Shown: positions 13,150 to 25,894 of the stretch, piece after piece
Numbering within the stretch: position 1 is the first letter of the stretch
Layout of the letters: each line of letters begins with the position of its first letter
Source: the human T2T-CHM13v2.0 reference genome, Homo sapiens
Assembly (NCBI RefSeq): GCF_009914755.1
Contig: NC_060926.1
DNA: 64,000 nucleotides
Reading direction: 5' to 3' (one strand)
Program-made: the position numbers and the translations under genes
The notes under the pieces: model-generated
Seen by the model: the letters and a program-made list of their open reading frames with translations, nothing else
The model's database searches: none
What the model was told of the DNA's origin: nothing

Positions 13150-13345
13150 AAACGACAACTCTGGCGTGACAACCACCCACCCTCCGACCCTTTCTCCTAA
13201 ACTTTTCTATAAAAGTCTTTCAACTTGTACCAGACTCCAGCACACTCCCAAACTTTCTTGCTGTTTGTTCTCTGGTCAATCCTCCTACTTGGCTTCTAAT
13301 AAACTTTTATCATATTATTTCTGCCTCAACACACTCAATTTCTGC
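13150..13345 (+). mobile_element. Probable LTR fragment
   Basis: TATA-like 'ctataaaag' followed by 'aataaactt' with LTR R/U5-like spacing; family not identified. Confidence 0.35.
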
Positions 13346-13378
13346 AGATATTTCAAATGATTTCTAGTATGTTGTCAG

Positions 13379-13480
13379 AAAGAAGAAGGAAGAAGATGAA
13401 CAGGGAGAGGAGGAATAGGAGGAGGGGAAGGAGGGAGAGGAGGGGATGGAGGGGAACAAGGAGGAGGAGGAGGAGGAAAG
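13379..13480. repeat. Purine-rich (GGA/GA) low-complexity tract
   Basis: gaggaggaataggaggaggggaagg...gaggaggaggaggagg. Confidence 0.85.
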
Positions 13481-14284
13481 TGAACTGGTAAGAAATGATT
13501 ATTTACAAGCAAAATTCCAAGAGTGGTTGGCTTATAACTTATTTAAATATTTGTATTTGATCTCTACCATTGCATATGCCATTCTACTCAGAATGAGTAG
13601 AATGTGTAGAATGAGTTCTACACAGACTCACTAGCATATTGCTGCTCTTTTATTATTCTAAGAAATTGTACAGTATCTATGATTATGATTCCAGTCTTTC
13701 TATTCAACCTGAGAACAATATAAAAGTTCAGAGACAAGGGATCAAACATGTCTTTCAGTTATTTATTTTTGCAGTGGGAGGACACAGAACTTAGATGTCT
13801 GGATAGCAATTTAAAATATGTTGATGTTGCACAATAGTCAACCTTCACTCACAAGTAAATGTAAGTATTTAACCAGGATAATGGCTTTTGCTTTCTCTGA
13901 AGAGCCTCATTTTTCAAATCGGTCTTCTCAGTTCAATTCAGGAAAAAACTGTTCCCATTGGAGAGTCTTCTTCCAGTCTTATGGCTGTGCCCAATGCTTC
14001 TGAATATGTTTGCACCCAGAGAGGTACAGGCACTTCTAACTGAATTGTACTGTTTCTTGACATTTCTAGAGCCTGAAACACTTATCTTTTGAAATAATTC
14101 TATAATGATAGGTATATAGATCATATCTATATATACATATCTATACATATGATTATTTTATTTTACTGTGTCAGTATGAATAAAAAATACCGTATTGTTT
14201 TATGGGAAAAGGCAACAAAATGTCACTGAAACATAAGGCTTCCTTTTACTTCTAGATCTGTGTTTAAATTAACAATAACTAGTC

Positions 14285-14390
14285 ACCACTTACTTTTATT
14301 TGCTGAGTGCCAGTTACAATGTTAAGTGCTTTATGTGGATTATTTTATTCAATCCTCACAGTATCCCTGGAGGTAGGTGTTAGTATATGA
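14285..14390 (-). mobile_element. MIR fragment
   Basis: 'gtgccag...ttaagtgctttatgtggattattttattcaatcctcaca'. Confidence 0.6.
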
Positions 14391-14670
14391 CAGCAAGACC
14401 AACTACAAGTGGAGTTCAAAAAGTAAACATCACATAAAATGTGCCATGTTATTAGCAGCTTCATGGAATGACCAGTGTGAGTCACGTGGTTAATGTGGTG
14501 ATGTCTGCAGTGGTGGTGAAGGTGAGAGAGGGTACTAGTCCAGTGAAATCCTAGTTTCTATGAGTGCTGCCTAGAGTTTGCCACCACCTACCTGTGCATT
14601 GTTGATAGGTCCATATGTATTATTCCTAGGACAGTTTTAATCATTCTAGGAATTAAAAAAATATATTTTT

Positions 14671-14970
14671 GGCCAGGTGCGGGGGCTCAGGCCTGTAATC
14701 CTGGCACTTCGGGAGGCCGAAGCGGGTGGATCATCTGAGGTTAGGATTTCGAGACCAGCCTGCCCAACATGGCAAAACTCCATCTCTACTAAAAATAATA
14801 ATAATAATACAAAAATTCACCAGGTGTGGAGGCATAAGCCTGTAGTCCCAGCTACTTGGGAGGCTGAGGCGGGGGAATTGCTTGAACCAGGGAGGCAGAG
14901 ATTGCAGAGCCGAGATCATGCCGTTGCACTCCAGCCTGGGCGCCAGAGTGAGACTCTGTCTCAAAAAAAA
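14671..14970 (+). mobile_element. Alu (AluS, Sx/Sz-like) inserted at the T-tail of an L1
   Basis: Full dimer with A-rich linker and short A tail; similar A/T flanks aaaaaaatatattttt and aaaaaaaatttttttt. Confidence 0.93.
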
Positions 14971-15691
14971 TTTTTTTTATTGATACATATTGTTTATATT
15001 TACAGGGTAGATGTCATATTTTGTTACACATATAGAATATGTGATGATCAAGTTAGGATATCCATCACCTCACATATTTATCATTTCTGTATTTGGAACA
15101 TTTCAAGTCCTCTCTTTAAGCTATTTTGAAATATACAATATATTGTTGTTAATGACAGTCACTCTACTCTGCTGTCAAACATTAGGCTTATTCCTTCTAT
15201 CTAACTGTATGTTTGTACCCATTAACCAACCTCTATTCATCACCCCACCATGGCAAACACCCTTTCTAGCCTCTGATAAGCATCATTCATCTCTGACTCC
15301 ATGAGATTAACTCTTTTAACTTTCATATATCAGTGAGAATATGCATATTGTTTGTCTTTCTGTATCTGGCTTATTTCACTTCACATAACGAACTCCAATT
15401 TTATCTATGTTGTTGCAAATAATAGGATTTGATTCTTTTTTATGGCTAAATAGTATTTCTCTATATATATATATCACATTTTCTTTATCCATTCATCCTT
15501 TTATGGACAATTAGGTTGATTCCATGTCTTTGCTATTGTGAATAGCACCGCAATAAATATAAGGTGCAGATATTTATCTCTTTGAAATACTAAAAAAAGA
15601 AGAAAGTTTGAATATAGTTTGAAGAAGTTTGAAGTTTCAGTTACTATATCTTTGTAACATATTTTGAAGTCAGGTAGCGTGATAACTTCAA
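14971..15691 (-). mobile_element. L1MA-like 3' fragment with internal deletion and filler
   Basis: 3' UTR 'atttcaagtcctctct...ctattttgaaatatacaata'; ORF2 end; upstream piece 'attttgaagtcaggtagcgtgat' at 15634-15691. Confidence 0.88.
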
Positions 15692-16018
15692 CTTCATCGA
15701 CCCTTTCCAAAGCTTACAAAATAAATGTTAGGGTAATCACAACGGTGAAAACAATGCAGGTGCTGATGTCTGTGCGTGCGTGTGTGTGTGTGTGTGTACA
15801 TGCTCTGTATGTGTGGACAGCTACAGATGAATTTTGGATAAAGACTTTGGCATGAACAGTTAGGAGGACCAGCAGAAAACTGGCTAGCATATTAACGCAT
15901 TTCTTCAAAAGCATAATAACATTTGTTATTTATTTACTGTAATTTGAAGCAGAAGTAGAATGGAGGGATGGAGTTAGAACAGCCCAGAGATTCATTTAAT
16001 TGCACCTGAATTAGCAGA
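15692..16018 (+). repeat. 327-bp copy of 12127-12453 (probable inserted copy)
   Basis: Abuts the broken end of the L1 fragment; ~99% identical to 12127-12453. Confidence 0.97.
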
Positions 16019-16284
16019 CACTCTAATATTCATATTTGGCTGCCAAAATACCACAACTCTGTACAGTTTCAAAGCTGCTAATCTGATCATTTCTCTCTGT
16101 TCCTCTCACCTTTCCCATTTTAGTCTCTCTACTGACAGCAAAAGAAGAAAAATATTTGATTTGATTTAAATTTTGTATCATTCAGAACTGATGACCCAAG
16201 GGAATATTCAGGGTAGGACATGACTTCCTTTCGGCAAGAATATTGTAGGTGAAGAAATTCAAATGAATAGAGAAATTCATAGTA

Positions 16285-16860
16285 TGAATTCAGTTACATC
16301 AATTGACAATTATTTACATACTTTCAATTCTATACCACGCAATGCACTGGGTGCTGAGGCAAATAAAGTCATGTGATTTCATCCTGAATTATCCTCAACC
16401 TGATTAAAAGTACAAAACATATAAATTGATTTACTAATTAGAGTTTAATTATATAATTTAAATTATAAAATTTTATAATATATAAGGTTATATATTATAA
16501 CCCTGTGTTATATAGTAGAGATATGATGGTGAACAGGACAGAGACATTACCTTCAAGGAGGTAGTGTTTAAATCAAGGTTGCCAACAAGTAAAAAAAAAA
16601 AAAAAAAGCAATATGGTGTGATGACTATGGTGTGTGTTTAATGTAAAAATAAACACAAGGTCATCAAAACCAAACTTGGAAGCTTGGGGAAAGTTCTCTG
16701 GCCTCTTAATGGAGATTTCAGAAATGAAGCAGAGCTCCCTAGTCTAAGGAAAAAGAAAAGAGTGTTCTAGGAATTGGAAACAGCAGGTTAAAAAGCCCAG
16801 GGACAAGATACAACTTAGCATCATGCAGGAACTGAGAGTAGGGATTGTAACTACACATAC
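16285..16860 (-). mobile_element. L2 fragments
   Basis: 'gcactgggtgctgagg', 'tggtgaacaggacagagac', 'gagtgttctaggaattggaaacagca'. Confidence 0.55.
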
Positions 16861-17522
16861 TGAAATCTCCTAAGGTACTTATACTAAACACATGTGTGCA
16901 CGTGCACATGCACACACACACACACACATATATGAAAGCAAATCAGCAAGGAACTCTAGTTGTTTGATTAGAGATGAAATCAGTTGGATGGAAAGAATGC
17001 CAGCGAACATGAGATCAGCAGTAGCTGCTATAGAGGAGAAAGGGGGAAGAATGCGGACACTGGAGGCAATAACATCAAAGACCAGGTGTTGGAAAGCAGA
17101 GAGGCGGCAGACTAAAAAACAAAGAACTGCTAGAAAGCTGAGATGAAAGACCTTTTTCTTCTTAAGATGGATGGATTCTAGGGGCACTGGTGACAGCCCC
17201 AAGTACCTAGATATAGCAGGGAAATTAAAAAATAAAAACCCAAGTATTTGTGGGCCTGGAGCTCTATGAATGTGTGGAGGAAATGACATTGTTTCAGACT
17301 TTCTTATAATCCCTTCCCTAATTTTCTGTAATCTTTTCACATTAGCGTCCCCTAGGGTTCCATTCTTGATTCTCATCTTTACTTTCTGCATTCACACGCT
17401 TGATATCACATTTAAATAAGACCCACACACTGATAATTCCCAAATATATAACGCAAGCCTAGACATTTCTTCCTAACTCCACATCCACCCAAACAACTAC
17501 ACATCTGATAGCTCCACCTAGC

Positions 17523-18102
17523 TGTTGCAGGGGAGAAAAAGTAGCGTCTTTTCCTCACCCACCACAAGGTCCATGACTGACACTCCTATAAGAAAAGACA
17601 GATTAACAAGAGCAAAGCATCACAAATTTATTTAACAAAGTTTTATGTGACATGAGAGGCTTCAGAAATTAAGGTTCAAAGACCTAAGGAACAGTGTGTA
17701 TTTTTATGCTGAGTCTGAGGGAAGAAGTGGAGAGGTGTGGAGAAATATGACTGGACAAAAATGGAGTATGACCTAATGGTGACAAGCTGGGGGAAATTTG
17801 GCAAGGCCTGTTCAGATTCTTTTTGGCCTCTCTGTGTAGCATTTCTTTCCTCTGGGTAGAAGGAAGGACTACTTGTCACATGAGGGTCTTATGATCTACT
17901 TTCATGGGAGGTAGGTCAAAGAGTGAACTTTCTAGGTTTTATAGCTTGTTTTAGGAAAAAAATAAGGGTTGGAAACAGAAGAAAGGAGAAAGTCAGAGAT
18001 AGGCCCTGTTGCTTTTCCGAGGCCCTCCTGCCTTTTTCAGCTCAAAAGTGCTCAGCCTGCCAGGGGACCATACTTTGGGGCATCATGTTCTGAACCGCAA
18101 TG
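17523..18102 (-). mobile_element. ERV1 solo LTR, MER34-group
   Basis: 'aaagacagattaacaagag' and end 'ccatactttggggcatcatgttctgaacc' match a reverse-oriented MER34-type LTR. Confidence 0.7.
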
Positions 18103-18140
18103 ATGTCTAAGAGGCTTCTCATATTTAACATATCCCAAAC

Positions 18141-18489
18141 TGTATTAGTCCGTTCTCACACTGCCATAAAGAATGACCTGAGACCGGGTAATTTATAAGA
18201 GGTTTAACTGACTCACAGTTCTGCAGGCTGTACAGGAAGCAAGGCTGGGGAGGCCTTAGGAAACTTACAATCATGGTAGAAGGCAAAGGGGAAGCAAACA
18301 CATCTACATGGTGGGACCAGAAGGAAGGAGGGGGAGGTACTACACACCTTTAAGCAAGCAGCACTAGGGGGATGGTGCCAAACCATGAGATACCACCCCC
18401 ATGATCCAATCTCCCACCAGGCCCCTCCTCCTACACGGGATTACAAGTCAACATGAGATTTGGGTGGGGACACAGGCAAAATCATGTTA
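18141..18489 (-). mobile_element. MaLR MST/THE1-type solo LTR
   Basis: tgtattagtccgttctcacactg...gagatttgggtggggacacag; imperfect TSD caaac/ccaac. Confidence 0.9.
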
Positions 18490-18857
18490 CCAACTTAATA
18501 TCTGATTTCTACCACATCCCCCAAATCCTACTGCATCCCCAGTCAGCCCCATGCCCATTGATGACAATTCTTTACTTCTAGAAATTAAATAAAAAATCTT
18601 AGGGTTGTTCTTGACTTTCCTTTCCTCTCACACCCCAAATGCAGGACATCGGTGTTATTTTATTGACTCCACCTTTGTGCCATGCCCATAATCCAAGCAC
18701 TACTCAGTAGCTCCACTCCTACCACCGTAATCTGAGCTAGAATCATTCCTCACTAGATTACTTCAGTTGCTCCTGATGGGCCTCCCTGTGTTTTCCCTTA
18801 CCCTCTCTGTGTGTATTCTCAGTACAGCAGCCAGAATCATCCCTTGAAAAGTTAAAT

Positions 18858-19085
18858 CAGGGTTTCTAAATTCCAGCAATATTGCAATATTGACACCTTG
18901 GGCCAGATGATACTTTGTTGTGGGCATGTCCTGTATATTATAAAATGTGTATTCAGCAGCATCCCTGACCTCTACCCCTAGGTGCCAGTAGCATCTCCTC
19001 CTCATAGTTGTGACAACCAAAGATGTCTCCAGACATTACCAAATGTTTCTTTGGATACAAAATCATCCTTAATTTTGAACTACTG
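18858..19085. mobile_element. hAT-Charlie MER20
   Basis: 'cagcagcatccctgacctctacccctaggtgccagtagca...gttgtgacaaccaaagatgtctccagacatt'; cag...ctg termini. Confidence 0.88.
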
Positions 19086-21074
19086 AGATCATAAGATTTC
19101 TTCTTAATCAGAGTAAAAGCCCATGTCCTTATAAGGGACTATACTTTCTGCTGCATTCCCAGCCCTTTCCCCTTCTTTGCTCATTCTCACTACTCTCACT
19201 TATACCCTGGGCTTCAGGCCCACAGGACCACTGCTGTTCCATGGATGTCAGGCCAGCTCTGCCTTTCCCAGGCATGGCTCACTCTTTCTTTCAAGTCTTT
19301 GTGCAACTGTTACTTTCCAAATGAGGCTTAACTGATAACCCAATTGTAAATCACAACCTGCCACTACCACCTCTGTATCATTGATAGCAACTGTTTTCTC
19401 CTAAGTTTGCTATCACTTATCACCTTCTAACATATATAATTTGCTGATTCATTCAACAGCTATTTATAGAAGTCCCATTCTCTAATATACACTATTCTAT
19501 ACTCCTTGGGTTTACAAATAAATAAAACAGATTCTAGCTGCAGGAAAAAGGTATTAATCAAATCAACAAATAAAAGATATAATATGTCAGCTGGTGACAA
19601 ATGCTTACTGCTGATAAGAAATTGCAGTTTTAAGTAGGACAATTTGTTGAGATTGTGAGTTTGAAAGATTATCCATCTTTCTGTTTCTTTGTGTTGTCTA
19701 TCCTCCTCCATTAGGTTACAAGTTCCATGACACCAGTGATTTATTTTTTTTCTAATTTTTACCCATGAGACAACACTACCAACTTGAGTAAACTCTGACA
19801 CTTAGTGGTTTTTAATATTTTTTTCTTGATTAAGAAAAAAAAACTCCTCTTGAATCAAAGAAAATGATTTAGACTATGGAATCCTTAACAGTTTTGTACT
19901 TAATAGTATGAGTGGGAGGTTCATTCTGGAAACATGGCACACTTATTTCCTGCATGAATCTGATATGAATTTATCACAGAACATTGACTTTCAGATTACC
20001 TATCGTATCTCCATGAAAAGAGAACAACAATACAGATTAATGTAATAAGTATTATATAAATGGTGCATACTGTGTTTTCAAGGTACAGATATGGGACAGT
20101 CCATTTCAGTTGGCCAGAAAAGGGATTTAAAATGTGCCTTTAAAGATAGAATTTCAGCCGGGTGAAAAAAGGAAAAAGACCACCTGAAAGATAAACAAAA
20201 CGGGGAGCCAAATATCACGGAGTCTTGCTCTGAAATTGTGCCAAGGCCAGTAACTCATCTCTTGCTTTCTTAACTTATGACTAATGTGAATATGGGGGTC
20301 ACGTATGTTGTTGCTCAGCCCAAGATACATTTTCAAGTAAAAGTAATGTTATTAAAAATTACACCAGGAAAATGAGTATAATTTGGGACTGTTACAGGCA
20401 GACCTCATATATGTTATTACAAACTTTGCCTTGTACCTTCTTCTAGTATTATGTTTCTTCACTTGGATGGCCTCCATCATGCGTGTGTCCCTGTGCTGGT
20501 TTATATTCCAGTGGCAGAGGGATGGGGTTCTGCAATTCCCCAATTTCCACTCCCCATCATTCCAAATGACTGAAATCTTTTACCTATGCTTGAGCCCTTC
20601 TATTTTCTACTGAGGCTTCATCCTTCTGAATGCCATTATCCTAGGTTATCCTTTTTTAATATGGGGCTTTTAAATAACAATAACTGTGAGTTTGATTGTG
20701 TTTTGCTTCCTATTTGGCTTCCCTCACTTCCAGCCCAGTTCCAATTATAACCCTATAGGTGTTCAAAGAGAAGAAGGCATTTCCTGCCATAATTATTAGG
20801 AGAGGCTTCAAGTGAGAGCTGAAGGATAAATAGAAATTCAATGCATAATATGTAAAAATGAATGAACACATATTAATGAAGGTAGTTGGTGGTAGTGAAA
20901 TGACGTCAGCCAATATGTTAAACAAAACATTTTCAGACACTTATGAAGAACTATGCAGAATTTAATTAGGGTGGTTAGCAAGGTTTACAAAAGAGCAAGC
21001 AACATGCAATTATGTGTCATGTTGAAGAACTTCCTAAATATCAAGCCATGAGAATAGACTTTATTTTGAAACTT

Positions 21075-21565
21075 GTGTAATTGTCCCGTAGAACTGATGC
21101 TTATGGCTTCTTTTGAATCAACATATAAATTAACCATCTGAGTCTTGAAACTTGAGACACTTACATTTGTCTTATCTGAGTTTCTTTCTCATAAAACTGA
21201 CTATCAGGACTCCCAGATGGGATCAAAGTACTGAAGTTTACCAGGTCACTGCATCTGGACAATGAGATGCCAGACCTCTCAATCATCATGATTGCCTAAC
21301 CAATCCCCTGCTTCCTGCACCAACTCTTCTTCCTTACCCCTCCCCCTAATTCCTGTTTCCCCACACATGGTTAGATTTCTCCCTTACTATATAAACTTCT
21401 AACTTTAGTTGATCAGGGAGATGGAATCAAGACTGATCTCCCACCTCCTCTACTGCAGCACCAGATTAAAGCCTTCTTCCCTGACAATACTTGTTGTCTC
21501 AGTGATTGGCTTTCTGGGTTGTGAGCAGCAGGACCTAGACTGAACTTCAAAGCCTTTTGGTAACA
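21075..21565 (+). mobile_element. ERV1 solo LTR (MER4-group, MER66-like)
   Basis: TATA 'ctatataaac', 'attaaagccttcttccc' poly(A) signal, terminal 'ttggtaaca'. Confidence 0.75.
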
Positions 21566-21784
21566 ATTTGAAAACAACATGAAACTACCTAATTTTTTTT
21601 CTGAGTATGTGTCTCTAAGCAAAACTTTTTGGCTGAAGGGGATTAAATGACTATTCACAATACTCATAAGCATTTTTGGGAGGTAGGAGTAGCTAGAGTC
21701 TGAGTTTCAGACACCAACTAATTAGCAAATAAGTGAGGGCTTAAAAGACAGGAGTGCTAACTATGGTGCTGCTGTTACTGCTGC

Positions 21785-22025
21785 TAATGATAATATATCC
21801 ATGTGCCAGGTAGTATGACAAGTGCTTAACAGGTATTGTTTAATGCTAACAATAGTTCATTCAAGTAGGTATTTGATTTTTCCAATTTTACAGGTAAGAA
21901 AACAATGGTTTAGGATGTTTATGAAACTTGACCGAGTTTACACAGTTCAAAAGTGGCAGGATCAGGATTTGATCCAATGATAAAAGCCTGGCTAGGAAAA
22001 CTTACTTCTTAACCATTTTGCTAAT
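21785..22025 (-). mobile_element. MIR
   Basis: 'atgtgccagg...aattttacaggtaagaaaaca...tggcaggatcaggatttga'. Confidence 0.7.
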
Positions 22026-22745
22026 ACTAACTCTCCAAATAGGAGAAACAAGTAGGAGTAATCCATTAGGAAATGAATGTGTGTCTTTCCTAGAAGTGTA
22101 AATCAGAAAGTCAAAAAGCAAATCTAACTGAAAAAGTAGAAATTGTCAGTTATCACCTAGAAGTGCTGGAGCAAAGATACAACTCAGGAATGGGGAAAAT
22201 TATGTGGAAGCAAAGGGAAGTTAATTAAGGCATAGAGGGAAAAACATAAAGCTCAGACTATTAAATTGACCTTGGCCCTTTAATGGGTCCAGGCTTGTCC
22301 CTTCCAAAGTCTTGTGTTAAAATGTCTCCAGTCCTCCTTTTCCTATACTTCCTCATGTATAGGTTCCTCTCTGCCCTTGCTCCACCAGGAGTCACATCTA
22401 TAGCCAAATACTGTTGCGATATGGACAATCCTCTAGCTTGGGGACATTTACTCACTTCTGTTACCTACTCTGCTGAACTGCTGCATACCCTGCCACAGTT
22501 CATTTTCCCAATCTTCACCCTCACACACACCCTCAGGCCACTCTCACTGTGGGAGCCTCCTGATTTCTGTTTATTAGGGAAGAAATGAGTTTGGGTAAAG
22601 TAGTATATATGAAAATTTCAATCTCAGTATACTAGTCAAAGTCAGAGTTACCTTCAGCAAAAGGGGACTTGGAGATAGTGGTTGAGATAGATATGACTGG
22701 TATATGCAAAAGACTTGGGATGACCATTCCAATAAATGCAAGCAA

Positions 22746-23699
22746 GTGTAGAGGGGGGAAAAATAATAAGAAAAAAAATCTTTCTTCTATTGGCTTAGGT
22801 TCAATGTCTGAGGCCTGCAAATGAAACTATTGAAAGACAGATTAACTAGAAAAGATATTTATTTTATATGCACTTAGGGGATCTCACCGATATGAAGTCA
22901 AAATCCCAAAAACCTGGTTAGATCTGAAGACTTTTATACAGTTTTAACAAAGTACGGTATAGTGTAGAAAAGAGAAAAGACAAAGGGGGCTTTGGGCTTC
23001 TTCGGGAGGGATGGATAAATTGTGAGAGGGTGACAGGATGTGTATGGTATATTCTTCTTGCACTACTATAAAGAAATACCTGAGACTAGATAATTCATAA
23101 AGAAAAGAGGTTTAATTGGCTCACAGTTCTGCAGGTTGTACAGGAAGTATGGCTGAGAGGCCTCGGGAAACTTCCAAACATGGCAGAAAGCAAAGAGGAT
23201 GCAGGAACATCTTGATACGGCCAGAGCAGGAGGAAGAGAGAGAGCAGGGAGGTGCTACACACTGTTAAACAACAAGATCTCTAGGCGGATGGTGCTAAAC
23301 CATTAGAAACTGTCCCCATGATCCAATCACCTTCCACCAAACCCCACCTCCAACTCCAACAATGCAGATTACAATTTGACATGAGATTTGGGTGGGGACA
23401 CAGAGCCAAACCATATCATATGATAAATAAGGATTATTTAGTAAGCCTTGTTACGTAGTCTACAGTAATTCTCCTCTTCCTACAAGAAAGGAGTATACCT
23501 TTACAAATGACAATTTCCTTTAAAATAGAAATGCTATTTCTTTCCTTACAGAAAGGAAATACATGCTGGGATTTTAGGCAGGAAGGGGGAACACAGGGTT
23601 TCCTCCAATGTTTGCTGCTTCTCAATTGCCTTCAGTTCAAAATACTTTGCATACCAAAGTGGCAATTTTTGGTAAGGGCATATAATGATCCCCTTGACA
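22746..23699 (-). mobile_element. ERV1 solo LTR, MER34-group, with nested MST LTR
   Basis: tgtagagggggg start; 'ttcagttcaaaatactttgcataccaaagtggc' near the end. Confidence 0.72.
23048..23418 (-). mobile_element. MaLR MSTA-like solo LTR
   Basis: 'aagaaatacctgagact...gagatttgggtggggacacagagccaaaccatatca'; TSD tatgg/tatga. Confidence 0.9.
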
Positions 23700-25516
23700 A
23701 GAGTCAATTTAAAAAGTGCAATGTTTTCTAAACAATGGTGAGAATCCAATTTAAAAGATGCAGTAGATTTATTTCCCACAAAAAGGCAGAAGAGCAAGAA
23801 GAAAGAATCTCTGGTTTAAGGTAAAGTGATTTCAGTCTTATAAGCAAAGGTTTTTTATAACAAAATTAAGATGTGAATCTTTAGGGGCCACAGTCTGCTG
23901 ACTCCCTAGTACGACTCTTAGCAACTCATCACTTCCTCTAATTTGCAGTGGCAGCAGGAGAAAAGACTGTGAGTACCAGAGATTTCTGGAGGGAATTCCA
24001 GGTCCAGGCTTTTCAGAATGCCCAAGTCAACAGCTACTGCTTTTCAGGAATCTGGAAAATAGCTCCAACTTTCTTCTAAATGCATTGTTTCCTGTCTTTC
24101 TGATTTTATTTTTGGCGTCTTTTGTGCCTGAAACATTCTCACCAACTGCCTGTATCATAAATCTTCAAGATGAAACTGAAATGTCATTTTCTCACTGAAG
24201 CCTTTCTTAATCTCTCCTAGTGAGTTCTTCTCATGGTATCCCCACAACATTTTGTATACTCTCTATTCTGACACTGGCACCCAACTAAAAGGGATATTGA
24301 TGTGAATTTGCACCTTGTACTAACTTCCATGAAAAGTCTGATTATTTCCAGCAATTTATCCTACTTATTTCCCTTCTTGTCTCCCACCCTATGCCTATCC
24401 TCTAGCCTGAAGGACAATTTCTATTCTTTTATTATTTTGATCCTTATTGTATATAACATTCTGAAGAAAAGTAGGGATTAATGTGGTGACTATTTTGTCC
24501 ACAACTTTGCCTTCTGACCTCAGGCCATCTCTCCACTTTCTCCTCCAACATTTATTAAGAATAAAGCCCTGTCACTCCTCCAAGTAGCAAAACAAGACAA
24601 CTCCATTTCTTCTCCATGGTTTGCTAAGAAGGGAAAAACAGAATCTTAGCCAGATGTTAAGAAGAATAGAGCCAGGAAGGAAAGAAACTTCTTCCACAGG
24701 GATGTGGAATTAGGAAGCAGAAACCTTTTGTTTTCTAACTTTCAAGATAAAGGTACAAAACTGTGAGAGTTTAGAAAATGAAATAAAATTATATTTAACT
24801 ACAGCCTACACAAATAGCTTTTGAAGAGATTCAGTATATTCATATAAAAGCTTTCAGGCTTGAACTGCCTTCCAGAGTGTAGGCCTGGTGAAAATAGTTC
24901 TTTCAGTGTGTGTTTAGATATGTTGATTGAAGTTACCCACAATACCTTAGTGCAAACTGAAGGAGCTCACTAGTTAAATATGTCATTTTCTTCAAACGCT
25001 GTCTTTATTTGCTGTCTTCTATTTCAAATTATCACAGTAAAAATTATCTCAACCCATAACAGAAATTTCTATTGTGTGATTTTTAGTAATAACAACCTTA
25101 TATTGTGAATTTCTTCAAATTCTGTTTTTTAATGGTGTGTTACAAGTTCTCATGGGAGAATTCTAGTGCATGAACAACTTCTGTGATGAAATCACCATGA
25201 CTTTTTCTAAATACCCAAAATAGAATTCTTGAAAATATTTTCCCCTTTCTCTTTCCAAAGGAGAAATAACTTCAAGTGCTGTTAGTGATGCCATTAACTT
25301 CACATAAAACAATTCCTAATGAAAAACACTTAAATATTTACAAGAGCATATTTAGAGCATTTTTCAGTGCCGAATTGTGTCTATATAAGGCCACATATTC
25401 ATATAGCCACTTTAGAATTTACAGGGATTATGTTAAAGACTCCAATACCTTTTTATTTGCACATAGTGTTTTGCAAATAAATATACCTTGTTTTGTGACA
25501 CTTGAAAATTAAATTC

Positions 25517-25894
25517 TGTTGAAAAGAAAAACTGTAGTGAAATTAAACAGTTTAATTCAGCAAAGAATGATTTGTGGATTGTGTAGCCTCCAGAACCAGA
25601 ATAGATTCAGAACGACTCCTGGGCTGTCACATGGTCTGATAGCATCTAAGGACAGAAGAAGGAAAGTGACATACAGAAAATAAAAGTGAGGTACAGAAAG
25701 AGCTAGACTGGTTATAGCTGGATGTTTGCCTTATTTGAACCTGGTTTGAACAGTTGGCTAGCTATGGTTGAAATTCAGCCACTGTGATTGGCTGAGACTT
25801 GTCTACTTGTTACAAGAGTAGGTTACAGTCCATCCACACATCAAGTTAAATACACTATGTATGAAGAAACTTTTAGGATAAACCTAATTTAACA
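25517..25894 (-). mobile_element. ERV1 solo LTR, MER57-like
   Basis: tgttgaaaagaaaaact...cctaatttaaca termini; 4-bp TSD attc at 25513-25516 and 25895-25898. Confidence 0.82.

Larger units (their letters stand above)
17330..19440 (+). mobile_element. L2 element interrupted by an ERV1 LTR, an MST LTR and MER20
   Basis: L2 motifs continue across the insertions: 'ctccacctag|atgtctaagaggcttctcatatttaacatatcccaaac', 'cagcagccagaatcatccctt'. Confidence 0.75.

Noticed and set aside
14677-15129. 150-aa ORF
   Set aside because: Translation of an Alu running into antisense L1
12072-15914. Pairs of near-identical ORFs suggesting duplicated genes
   Set aside because: By-product of the 327-bp duplication; ORFs span a microsatellite and are not credible genes
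16879-17391. Longest ORF in the window (170 aa, minus strand)
   Set aside because: Non-ATG start within L2 sequence, ends in a (TG)n repeat, low-complexity composition, no homology recognised
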